Origin: an uncultured delta proteobacterium
GTDB lineage: Bacteria > Desulfobacterota > Binatia > Binatales > Binataceae
Reading direction: 5' to 3'
Length of the DNA stretch: 64,000 bases
Assembly (NCBI GenBank): GCA_963842085.1
Contig: CAWJET010000002.1
Coordinates: 1,216,001-1,280,000, forward strand
Shown here: piece by piece, positions 39,136 through 48,167 of the stretch
Numbering within the stretch: the stretch's first letter is position 1
Layout of the letters: every line of letters begins with the position of its first letter
The notes under the pieces: model-generated
What the model was told of the DNA's origin: nothing
The model's database searches: none
The model's input: only the letters and a program-made list of their open reading frames with translations
Position numbers and translations under genes: made by a program

Positions 39136-39350
39136 GGGACGGGTTGGGCGGCTCCGGCGGTTTTCTCGCCTCAATGCTCCTGCTCAGCGTCGGTACAACT
39201 CGTGTGTGTGGCGAATTGCCGATTCTGGGAAAATCAGTAATTCGCCACACACGGCACGAATTTCGATGTTTAGCGTGCGCCAGCACGTTTTTGCGTGTAG
39301 AATATTGCTGCTTGGTGTAGGCTCTGCTATTTCAAAAGAGGGAGACGACT

Positions 39351-40445
39351 ACGAGATATCAGACGACAGCGGCAGCGTTTGCGGCTTGTATGTTGGCGAT
39401 CGGCACCGCGTCGATACCGGCCGGTGCAGTCATCGACTGCATTCAACAATCCACGGTGACTCGCCCGATTGAGCTTGGCGTTTCGGGCGGAAACATCAAC
39501 TCGTTCATCCAGAGCAATCAAGGGGAATTCTGCTCCAGCGGCACACTGGGGTCGATGGTTCAGGATCAGAGCACGAACAAATTCATCCTCAGCAATAATC
39601 ATGTGCTGGCCGATATCAACCTGGCGACGCCCGGCCAGCTCATCGTACAACCCGGCTTGGCGGACACAGCCTGCGACGAGATTCCGAGTGATGCGGTTGC
39701 AACCTTCAGCCGCACCGTCAATATCAATTTCGGCGGCAAGAACACCATCGACGCAGCCATCGCGGCCGTAAATGCAGGAGATGTGAGCGCCGACATCCTC
39801 AATATCGGGCCAATCGCCAGCTCGGCGGCGACGCCAACGATCGGGCTGGCTGTCCAGAAAATGGGCCGCACGACTTGCTTGACGACCGGAAGGATTACGG
39901 CGGTCCGAGTCAAAGCCAAGATAAGCTACTACACCGGTGGCAAGACAAAACAAGCGAAATTCGTCGACCAGATTTTGATTAGCGTGCCGAACTTTAGCGG
40001 AGCTGGCGACTCTGGGTCGCTGATCGTAACCCAAGACAGTTGCCCTCAGGCGGTCGCCCTCCTTTTCGCTGGCTCCTCGGACCAGTCCCAAACGCTGGCC
40101 AACCCGATTTCGGCCGTTCTGAGCGGTCTGAACGTTTCGATGGTGGGCGGTTGCACTTCTGCGGCAGCGCCCGAGACGCCGCAAACTGATCTCGAAGCCG
40201 ATAACGTGGGCATGTCAAAGGAAGTCGCCGAAGCAGCCACCGCGGTTCGCGACCGGCACGAGAACGAACTGATGAGCATCGCCGGCGCCGTCGGCACCGG
40301 AATCGGGATTGGCGATCAACCCGGTCAAGCCGCGATCGAAGTCTACGTCAGGAAGCTGAGGCCGCAGGAGCAAGCCGCCTTGCCGAAAGAGGTCGAAGGG
40401 ATACCAGTCAAGCTAATCGAGAACGGCGGATTCGTCGCTTACTGA
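39351..40445 (+). CDS. secreted trypsin-like (Nal1-like) serine protease
   Basis: GTLG, LSNNHV, IDAAIA, KMGRTT, GDSGS; GAGGGAG RBS precedes in-frame ACG at 39351, first ATG at 39390. Confidence 0.8.
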   Translation, partial: TRYQTTAAAFAACMLAIGTASIPAGAVIDCIQQSTVTRPIELGVSGGNINSFIQSNQGEFCSSGTLGSMVQDQSTNKFILSNNHVLADINLATPGQLIVQPGLADTACDEIPSDAVATFSRTVNINFGGKNTIDAAIAAVNAGDVSADILNIGPIASSAATPTIGLAVQKMGRTTCLTTGRITAVRVKAKISYYTGGKTKQAKFVDQILISVPNFSGAGDSGSLIVTQDSCPQAVALLFAGSSDQSQTLANPISAVLSGLNVSMVGGCTSAAAPETPQTDLEADNVGMSKEVAEAATAVRDRHENELMSIAGAVGTGIGIGDQPGQAAIEVYVRKLRPQEQAALPKEVEGIPVKLIENGGFVAY

Positions 40446-40763
40446 ACGCCGCCCCCCGAGCGGACGGCTCGCTCTACTCCTGCCGTCTGCCTCCTAGACG
40501 GCAAGAATTCACTTGCTCAGGCGAATGCTGCGGAAAGTTCGAGAGCTAAAGACGCATTCGCGCGGAATACGAGACACCTCCAATGGTTCGGAGCGGCGAT
40601 TGTGAAGCGGCTGAGAACGCTGCGAGACCGGCCAAACGATGTGACCGTGCGGACGTTTGAGAGCCATCGCGATGACCGAGAGCAGAGCGTTCGGTCTGCT
40701 GAAGAAACGGGTCTACTGATCATTGCCCCGATTCAACATCATTTTTACGCGGCGCCAGTGACT

Positions 40764-41501
40764 TCATTGACCGATCCGGGTTCCGAGGAAAAGACGCCTG
40801 AACTGGCCAAGCATGCTACTTTCTGCATCCCTCGCTGAATGCCACTCAGGCAGTTTCATCAGAGCCTCGCGGCGAATACGGTCGAGCATTTCGGTAATGC
40901 CCGGTGACGGTTCGGTTCTCTCGTACTGGACATCGAGTCGCTCGGACGGAACGGTTGTTTGTGGGTCCGCGAGTTTTCTGGCTGCGCGAATTTCGCGCAG
41001 AATGGACAGCAGGTCCTGCTTGCAAGTCAAAGATCCCAGCATAGATACGTGGGACAGCGCTCGCAGCTCCCCAGGAGTCACCTGGAGGCGCTCGAGCATT
41101 TCACGGTCGGCGCAAAATTCTTCGATGATTTCGTGCTCCGTTTTTGAAGCTTCGACCTGGTAGTCGGAGAACTCCGGATTCCAAGCGCCTTGGAATGCCG
41201 AGATTTGCTCCGGCTCTTGCTCGTCGATACCTGAACCCGGCCCTGTCGAAGCCTCGAGAAAGGTCCCCGGCACGGGTGACTCCGACGACATGGTTGAAAA
41301 AACGTTGCCACCGACAAGCTCGAACGTCTGCTCGCAACCTTCCTGCAATTGAGCGGGTCGTTGTTCTTCTGCTGCTGGCGACGAGCAAGTCGGCGGCGCC
41401 CCTTTCGTTTTGAGAGAATCGAAAGCATCCAGAAAGTCACGGACTAATCGTTTCGCGTCGACAGGCACTGCCAATTTCGGTTCGTTCATGCTCGTGTGCA
41501 T
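40764..41501 (-). CDS. hypothetical protein (paralog of 44231-44992); start uncertain
   Basis: High similarity between copies, e.g. HEIIEEFCAD..LERL.VT.GELRALSH.SMLGSL. Confidence 0.7.
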   Translation of the reverse strand: MHTSMNEPKLAVPVDAKRLVRDFLDAFDSLKTKGAPPTCSSPAAEEQRPAQLQEGCEQTFELVGGNVFSTMSSESPVPGTFLEASTGPGSGIDEQEPEQISAFQGAWNPEFSDYQVEASKTEHEIIEEFCADREMLERLQVTPGELRALSHVSMLGSLTCKQDLLSILREIRAARKLADPQTTVPSERLDVQYERTEPSPGITEMLDRIRREALMKLPEWHSARDAESSMLGQFRRLFLGTRIGQ

Positions 41502-41535
41502 TAATCCTGCGTCTGAGTTTTCTGCATGTTTGAAG

Positions 41536-41994
41536 CTACTGGGGCAAACCCTCGGAGCCTCCAAAACTCTGCGCCAGTTCTGAGAATTCTCTGCGAAGAG
41601 TCTTGGCCGGCTCAAACGCAGTAACGAGATGCGTGAGTCGATCCTGAAGCGCAGCCGCCGGTTCGAGCGCTGCCGCGAGTTGGTTCAAACTTTCGCCGAA
41701 TGATACCGAAAGCTGATTGAGCTCCTGATCCAAACCTTCCAGGGGCGAGAATTGTTTCAGCACCTGTCGAAGCTGGTTCTGGAAATTGCGCATGGGCTCA
41801 AGCACCTTGGCGAGTTCCTTGATCTGCACCTCGAACTGGCGGAGGGGCTCAAATACATTTGCCAGTTCGGAAAGTTGGTGCATCGGTTCCAGGATGAACG
41901 CAATCTGAGCGAGCTGCTCCTGCAGCGGCTTGACCTGTTCAAAAACCGTCGACACCGCGAAAGCCGGCTGAAACGAACCCTGCTGATTTGACAT
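41536..41994 (-). CDS. amphipathic helical repeat protein (paralog of 45001-45462)
   Basis: (F/L)EP repeats mostly 17 aa apart; GGAGGA RBS. Confidence 0.78.
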   Translation of the reverse strand: MSNQQGSFQPAFAVSTVFEQVKPLQEQLAQIAFILEPMHQLSELANVFEPLRQFEVQIKELAKVLEPMRNFQNQLRQVLKQFSPLEGLDQELNQLSVSFGESLNQLAAALEPAAALQDRLTHLVTAFEPAKTLRREFSELAQSFGGSEGLPQ

Positions 41995-42058
41995 CTTCTT
42001 CGATCCTCCCATTAAGCTGCGATTACATTATATGTAAGGCCGTTTTTTACAGTGATGA

Positions 42059-42074
42059 TGCACCGTGCGTGCCA
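42059..42074 (-). promoter_or_regulatory. sigma54 -24/-12 promoter
   Basis: TGGCACGCACGGTGCA upstream of ATG 41994; equivalent motif in the duplicate module. Confidence 0.65.
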
Positions 42075-42429
42075 TATCATCCGTTCTTCCTGAACAGATT
42101 TGGATGCGTATCGTCGAGGGTTAGGAGCGGAGGCTTCGGTCTCGCGCTAGATTCTATTACCGCGAAGTCACTGGACACAATTTTGCCTCAATCATAGCTT
42201 CAATTTCTGTCGGATTTTGAAAAAGTATGTGAAGGCTTAAGATGCTTCGGCGACTTTTCGCTTCGCGTCAGGGTCCGTGCCCGGCCAATGAATCTCAGCC
42301 TTGAGGCATTCTCTCTGAGAGGGTCGAAAAACGGCGCGCAAGCTATAATCGTAGAAAATTCTTCTCAGACGACGTGAATTGACCGCTGAAATGCGGCGGA
42401 AGCAGCAATCGCACGTTGCGTTATCGCAC

Positions 42430-42660
42430 AGAACCGGGTCATCATGTCGGCGATCTGCAACACCATCTTGATCGACTTTCAGCTCGAGCCGGCCACCGGA
42501 TGTGCCGAGCGACTGCGGGGCTTGCGACCACTAAAACTTACCAGGCCCCCAACAAACCCGCACTGCACGGCAACAAAGGCGACTACCGCGACTTCTTCGA
42601 GTCCTGCCGCGCGCTCAAGGTCACGCCCTCGTGTGGCCCAAAACTGGCGCGGCCAGGCGG
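42430..42660 (+). pseudogene. IS5-family transposase remnant
   Basis: LIDFQLEPATGCAER and NKGDYRDFFESCRALKVTP..VAQN in shifted frames. Confidence 0.6.
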
Positions 42661-43197
42661 TTGTGCAATCGTGTCCCCTGAAGCGTGGAAAGTGTAGAGA
42701 TGGCAAGAAGCAGAGGCGGCAGCCAGGTTTCTTAAGAGACCCGGTCTGTAACTTGGTTCCCCCAGTCGATACGGATGCGGGTTAAGGTTTCGTGTCGCTC
42801 ATTTGAACGCCCTTCAAACCACCGGGGCGATTGCAGCGGAAGCCGAAGAACATAAAGGCAAGCCAATCTGGCGGTGACGAGCCGGACCGCCGTTCGCGGA
42901 AGCTGGCGCACTTGACCAAACTGTTGGAAAAAAAGGAATGCGCGATCGAGATCCCTGCCTTCGTGCTCAGGAGGGGAGACTCGAACTCCAAACCCTTGTC
43001 CGATGTTCCACGTCGCCAAATTCATGACTGGTCGGAAGGAGGCTTGCGGCGCTCTTAGATGAGAGGGCCCATGGCTCCGCACCCATCGAAGGAAAGGTGC
43101 AGAATATCACGAAGTGGGTTGATAGCGTCGCGTCAGGCGGATCTGGACGTCGCTTTGCTGAGCTTTTTTCAATCGACGCGGGCGCGTCGCTGAATTG

Positions 43198-43860
43198 TTA
43201 GAAGTGGAAATCGCCTACGATCCGCTGTCCTATCAGGTCGGTAGTCGGGAGTCGTTTGGGATTCGATTCGAACCACCACCGCCGTGGACGCTTTTCCTTA
43301 GTTGCTAGAGCGCATTCGAGTCGTTTCCGGGTATCTCCGCCGAAGATCGTCACCAGGCGCCGAAGTTGCGCGAGATCAAACTCCTCGAACTTTTCGTCCA
43401 TCAATTCCCCAATCCTTTCCACACCGTGAATACGGATCAGTTCCTTGGCGCCCTCGGCTCCGTACAGCGCCTCTGCAGATATCCGCAGCATGGCCATTTC
43501 GTCTTGCGATGATAGCCATAGTACGACATCCGGATAGGCTGCGAGGAACCATCGGGGATACCCAGGTGGAGCCTTGACGCCCTTGTCGAAGGCTGCCGCC
43601 GAGGTCGTTGGCTTCCCGGCTTCGTCAGGCGATGTCGCGGGTGGCGATCCGGAAAGTTCAACATAGTTTGCCAGAAAATCCGCCGGATTGATCGAATCCG
43701 GAAGGAAAAACGTCTTAAGCAGTTCATTCGTGTTCGGGACGTCGTCCAACGTGCCCCCATCGATTAGTTGAGCCCACGTGACAGGCTTCCTGGCGCCGTG
43801 ACGGAACGGTATGAATACTGTACAAAGCAGGGCGCCGGAGATGAGAACGATCCAAATCAT
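43198..43860 (-). CDS. hypothetical protein with N-terminal membrane anchor
   Basis: 220-aa ORF, hydrophobic N-terminus. Confidence 0.55.
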   Translation of the reverse strand: MIWIVLISGALLCTVFIPFRHGARKPVTWAQLIDGGTLDDVPNTNELLKTFFLPDSINPADFLANYVELSGSPPATSPDEAGKPTTSAAAFDKGVKAPPGYPRWFLAAYPDVVLWLSSQDEMAMLRISAEALYGAEGAKELIRIHGVERIGELMDEKFEEFDLAQLRRLVTIFGGDTRKRLECALATKEKRPRRWWFESNPKRLPTTDLIGQRIVGDFHF

Positions 43861-44230
43861 TGTCTGGTTTCGGTTTCGAGGTTGCGGTCCGAGCGGCCAG
43901 GATTGCTACGGCGAGTTACCCCTTCGCGCCAATTAAGGTGGGGATCAGCCAGTTTCGCCAAGGGTTCAAACCGCTTGGAATGTTCCGGCATCTCTGAAGC
44001 TACACCGTATCGCTTGGCTTCTATGTCAAACAGTATCATCCTGTTTTCACCAGTCAGGATCCGGCGGTTGTCGAGACTCATTGCCGGCTAAGGCTTCGAG
44101 TTCGGCAATGGTCTGCGAGCAGAAGATGCCGATTAGATGACCGACGCCTGGCGCTAGCTTGGGCGACACTTCTGCTCCTGATCACTCCGCCAATTCAATG
44201 TCATCTTTACACGGCGCCGGCTGATTTCAG

Positions 44231-44992
44231 TCATCGATCAAGGCTCCGAGGAAAAAGACGCCTGAACCGACCAAACATGCTGCTTTCGGCATCGCTCGCT
44301 GAATGCCACTCAGGCAGTTTCATCAGGGCCTCGCGGCGAATACGGTCGAGCATTTCGGTAATGTCCGGTGCCGACGGTTCGATTCTCTCGTTCTGTACAT
44401 CGAGTGGTTCGGACGGAACGGTTGTTTGCGGCTCCGCGAGTTCCCCGCCTTCGCGAATTTGGCGCAGGACGAACAGCACGTCCTGCTTGGAAGTCAAAGA
44501 TCCCAACATAGATATGTGAGACAGCGCTCGGAGCTCCCCACGAGTTACGTTGAGGCGCTCGAGGACTTCATGGTCTGCGCAAAATTCTTCGATGATTTCG
44601 TGCTGGCTTCTTGAAGCTTCGATCTGGTGGTCCGAGGGCTCTGAATTCCCAGCGCCTTGGAATGCCGAGATTTGTTCCGGGTCTTGCTCATCGATATCTG
44701 AATTCGGCACCGCCGAAGCCCCGAGAGGCGCCTCCGGCATGGGTGGATCCGCGGACATGGCTGAAAGAGCGCCCTCACCCACAAGGTCGAACGCCTGCTC
44801 ACAGGCTTCCTGCAATTGGGCAGGTCGTTGTTCTTCTGCTGCCGGCGACGAGCAAGTCGCCGGCGCCGGCACCGTTTTGAGTGAATTGAAGGCGTCGAGA
44901 AGGTCACGGACCAATCGTTCCGTGTCTACACCTGCTGCCAATTTCGCCTCCTTCATGCCAGGCCTCAACCCTGTGATTGACTTTTTCTGCAT
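44231..44992 (-). CDS. hypothetical protein (duplicate module gene 2)
   Basis: Paralog of 40764-41501. Confidence 0.72.
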   Translation of the reverse strand: MQKKSITGLRPGMKEAKLAAGVDTERLVRDLLDAFNSLKTVPAPATCSSPAAEEQRPAQLQEACEQAFDLVGEGALSAMSADPPMPEAPLGASAVPNSDIDEQDPEQISAFQGAGNSEPSDHQIEASRSQHEIIEEFCADHEVLERLNVTRGELRALSHISMLGSLTSKQDVLFVLRQIREGGELAEPQTTVPSEPLDVQNERIEPSAPDITEMLDRIRREALMKLPEWHSASDAESSMFGRFRRLFPRSLDR

Positions 44993-45000
44993 GTTTGAAG

Positions 45001-45462
45001 CTACTGGGGCAAACCCTCGGAGCCCCGATCGAAACTGTGCGCCAGTTCCGAGAATTCCCGGCGAAGGGTCTGGGCCGGCTCGAACGCAGTGACGAGATAC
45101 GTGAGTCGGTCCTGAAGCGTAGCCGCCGGTTCGAGTGCTGCCGCGAGTTGGTTCAAACTTTCGCCGAATGATACCGAAAGCTGATCGAGCTCCTGGTCCA
45201 GCGTCTGCAGGGGTGTGAATTGCTGCAGGACCTGTCGAAGCTGGTTCTGGAAACTGCGCATCGGCTCGAGCACTTTGGCCAGTTCCTTGATCTGCGCCTC
45301 GAAGTCGCGCAGCGGCTCAAACACATTTGCCAGCTCGGAAAGCTGGTGCATCGGTTCGAGGATGAACGCGATCTGAGCGAGCTGCTCCTGGAGCGGCTTG
45401 ACCTGTTCAAAAACCGTCGACACCGCGAAACCCGGCTGAAACGAACCCTGCTGATTTGACAT
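45001..45462 (-). CDS. amphipathic helical repeat protein (duplicate module gene 1)
   Basis: Near-identical protein to 41536-41994 with many synonymous changes; AGGAGG RBS. Confidence 0.78.
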   Translation of the reverse strand: MSNQQGSFQPGFAVSTVFEQVKPLQEQLAQIAFILEPMHQLSELANVFEPLRDFEAQIKELAKVLEPMRSFQNQLRQVLQQFTPLQTLDQELDQLSVSFGESLNQLAAALEPAATLQDRLTYLVTAFEPAQTLRREFSELAHSFDRGSEGLPQ

Positions 45463-45534
45463 CTTCTTCGGTCCTCCTATTAGTTGCTTATGCCTGCAGG
45501 CGCCATCGGCGGTAACCTGCCTTCCATCCATTAG

Positions 45535-45550
45535 TGCATCCTGCGTGCCA
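45535..45550 (-). promoter_or_regulatory. sigma54 -24/-12 promoter
   Basis: TGGCACGCAGGATGCA upstream of ATG 45462. Confidence 0.65.
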
Positions 45551-46002
45551 TCTGCCAATTTGTAGGGTTTTATAACTGAATGTTAGGCTATAAGAACTAT
45601 CGGTAGGCCAAATCTACTCATGTGTTCCTTTTGAACACAATTGGATGTTTATGTCGTGAAATGGTCCGAGCGGCGGTGTTCGGTTCTGGCGGTATATTCT
45701 GCCCTTGATACATCAGCGACACAATTTCGTATCAATTGTACTACATTTTGTTTCATAGCTGCCAACTTTTGTTGAATTTTGAAGAGCTACGCGAGGGTTT
45801 AGAATGCTTCGGCAAACTTTATCTTCGCTACAACCTGTGTCCCCCGCCAATGAGTCTTAGCTTTGAGGCATTCTCGTCCTGAAGAAATCCTTGCGTTTGG
45901 GAGACTCGACGCGGAGCGGAAGGCAGGACGATGCAGGAGACGGATAACGCCTTTTGCGAACGGCGAGCCAGCCTGGAAGTGGCGTTTTACACGGGGAAAC
46001 CT

Positions 46003-46080
46003 TGAAAAAGATTCGCGAAGCTTAGCGGCGAGGCGGCCGCACGAATGCTTGGGGCAGGAAATACGTTCGCCTCAGCCTGC
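46003..46080 (+). repeat. diverged ~80-bp repeat, copy 1
   Basis: GCTTGGG.CAGGAAATACGTTCGC.TCAGCC.GC shared with 51390-51472. Confidence 0.75.
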
Positions 46081-46134
46081 GTCCCCTTTCTCTTGGCATC
46101 GGTTGGCATTTGGATCTACAAATCCCAGAATATA

Positions 46135-46419
46135 GTGAGCGCAACGACTGCCAAAATCACGGTGGAAAAGGTCGGTGCGATCGTGCTCCCGAAACGGGTG
46201 CGGGAACAGCTGCAGATCGCCCCGGGTGACGAATTGGAGCTGGAGAGCCTGCACGATCGGATCACGCTACGTCCGTTGCGCGGCAACGCGCAGCTACGAA
46301 AAAAGCGCGGCGTCTGGGTCTTCCATTGCGGCGAGCCGCTATCAGCCTCGACGGTTGAAGAAACCATCAAGCAGGTCCGGCGCGAACGCGAAGAAGGGAA
46401 CCTCGGACAAAGCCATTGA
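46135..46419 (+). CDS. AbrB/MazE-type antitoxin, toxin partner absent
   Basis: GAIVLPKRVREQLQIAPGDELEL..GVWVF; overlapping TTGA start leads into unrelated DNA. Confidence 0.8.
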   Translation: MSATTAKITVEKVGAIVLPKRVREQLQIAPGDELELESLHDRITLRPLRGNAQLRKKRGVWVFHCGEPLSASTVEETIKQVRREREEGNLGQSH

Positions 46420-46424
46420 GAGAG

Positions 46425-46562
46425 CTAGCAATTACTTTTGTGCCTGTGCCGAAAGGCGGCAGGAATTGGCTGGCCCAATTTCTCATCCCGAACGCTCCCG
46501 TCTTGATCGAAATACAACGCAAATGCAACCAGCACAATGAGGAGTAACAAACCAACTGGCAT
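46425..46562 (-). CDS. small single-TM protein, 45 aa (not in ORF track)
   Basis: MPVGLLLLIVLVAFALYFDQDG...; GAGGTG RBS; consensus sigma54 promoter just upstream. Confidence 0.55.
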   Translation of the reverse strand: MPVGLLLLIVLVAFALYFDQDGSVRDEKLGQPIPAAFRHRHKSNC

Positions 46563-46590
46563 AGCCGTCACCTCTCTTCACACCTTACGA

Positions 46591-46606
46591 AGCAACTTGC
46601 GTGCCA
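46591..46606 (-). promoter_or_regulatory. sigma54 -24/-12 promoter (consensus)
   Basis: TGGCACGCAAGTTGCT. Confidence 0.75.
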
Positions 46607-47109
46607 TCGTCGGCGCTGATGTTCGCGCCCTTTCTCTTCTTGGCTGTCTTCCCTGAGATAGTCACAGGCGCGCCCGCATATCAGTGCACATCCCTACTAC
46701 AAGGAAAATTTTCATTTCACGGCTATCGAATTGAAGCGATGGGGAAACGGGCTGCGACCTAAACCAAAACCGACCAATTCCTGATCGAGGTCAGAATTTA
46801 ACCGCGCGATCTTCGCTTCACTGGGGCCGCGCTCGATCGAGCGCGGAAATCGCTGCAACTTTGCGCGGTGGTCGAGGTATTGTCAGACGGGATTTATTGG
46901 AGCTCCTTCGCTTGGCCCGAAGCTCTCTCTGTGGCGGTTTAGATAGCCTATCGTCGAGACGCAGGGGCATTGCCGACGCCATGCCGATCGAGAATTTTCA
47001 GCGCTCCGGGAATATCTGCCGGCGGCCCGCTCGCCGAAATACCCCTCGCTGCGCAGCGCGGCAAGCGGCAAGTTTCTCGGCGACCGCGACGTTGTGAATT
47101 GATTGAGGG

Positions 47110-47754
47110 TCATATCTTCCGCGTCGGCAACAGCGCGTCAGCACCGACGTTTGGAGACCGGGGGGCGAAATTACTTTCTAATGGCTCAGCCTGTCGTTTC
47201 GCTCGCTTCATGACCGTCGCTTCATGACCGCCAGTCTCGCATTTTCGGATTTTCCGGATGGTAAAAAGAATTTGAAATTTCCGGACGCAGAGGTAGGGTA
47301 GGAAAAGCTCAACATTTATAAGGAAGATTTCCCTAATTTGGGCCGACAGGGCTTTCTTTCCGGACCTGTTGAAAATGAGCCCTTCGACTTGCCTGAACTC
47401 GCGAAAGTTCGAGGTAACCAGGATCAGGTCGTGGGCAAGAGCGGTCCCCGCGATCAAAATATCGTACGCTCCCATTGGCCGTCCCCGGCGCTTCAGGATG
47501 GCACGTGCCTTGGCCGTGGCCTCGGTCGCTCCGTCGTCATAAAGCAGCACGCGGATTGTCCCGAGAAAGGCGTCCATAACCGGTCCGAGTCGGCGGGCGA
47601 GCTTGGAATTCAGCAACAGCCCGTACTCGATCTCCATCTGAGTGATTGCGCTGGCCGCCAGATCCTCTGGCGCGGCCGCCTTGATGCGCTCAAGGGTCTG
47701 GCGCTGGCCCTGAGCGAAATCGCTCAGTACGCAGGTATCAAGTAGAAATCGCAT
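47110..47754 (-). pseudogene. vapC: VapC/PIN toxin with native stop lost (reads through into unrelated DNA)
   Basis: MRFLLDTC..EIEYG..GAYDILIAGTAL..LVTSNFREF.QVEGL, then ~85 aa of non-PIN tail; activity unknown. Confidence 0.75.
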
Positions 47755-47783
47755 TGAACGGTTCGAGGAGGATCGCAAGAACC

Positions 47784-47981
47784 TCAAGCAGCCGCGCCAG
47801 ATCTGATTCCCCGGATTCCTTGAAAATGCATGACCTCTGTCGGCCACTTGGCGGGTCGGCGGCGGTTTAGCCACTCGCCGACCGCTTCACGAATCAGGGC
47901 GTTGCGCGTCCTGCCGCTCTCTCTGGCGGTCTGGTTGAGGCGCTCGACCAGCTCATCGTTGAGGTGAACGCTGAAATTCAT
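47784..47981 (-). CDS. ribbon-helix-helix (CopG) antitoxin
   Basis: MNFSVHLNDELVERL..ARESGRTRNALIREAV; directly upstream of the PIN gene. Confidence 0.82.
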   Translation of the reverse strand: MNFSVHLNDELVERLNQTARESGRTRNALIREAVGEWLNRRRPAKWPTEVMHFQGIRGIRSGAAA

Positions 47982-48167
47982 GGCTGGAATGATAATAGGT
48001 TAGGTTCGCAAAGAGAGTCCTTTTACCGCCCCAGCCCCTTCCGGTTAGCGCCTCGATCATGCTGCTCACTCGTCCCGTCATTCATGGCGGTCAATTTTCT
48101 TCTTCCCGTCTGTCTTGCGAGCGAGGCGACGCAGGCAGAAACTCACGCGGCGCCGAGGACTCACTCC

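Noticed and set aside
46827-46846. Perfect 20-bp palindrome CCGCGCTCGATCGAGCGCGG
   Set aside because: Single occurrence, GC-rich, no loop or U-tract; no function can be supported.
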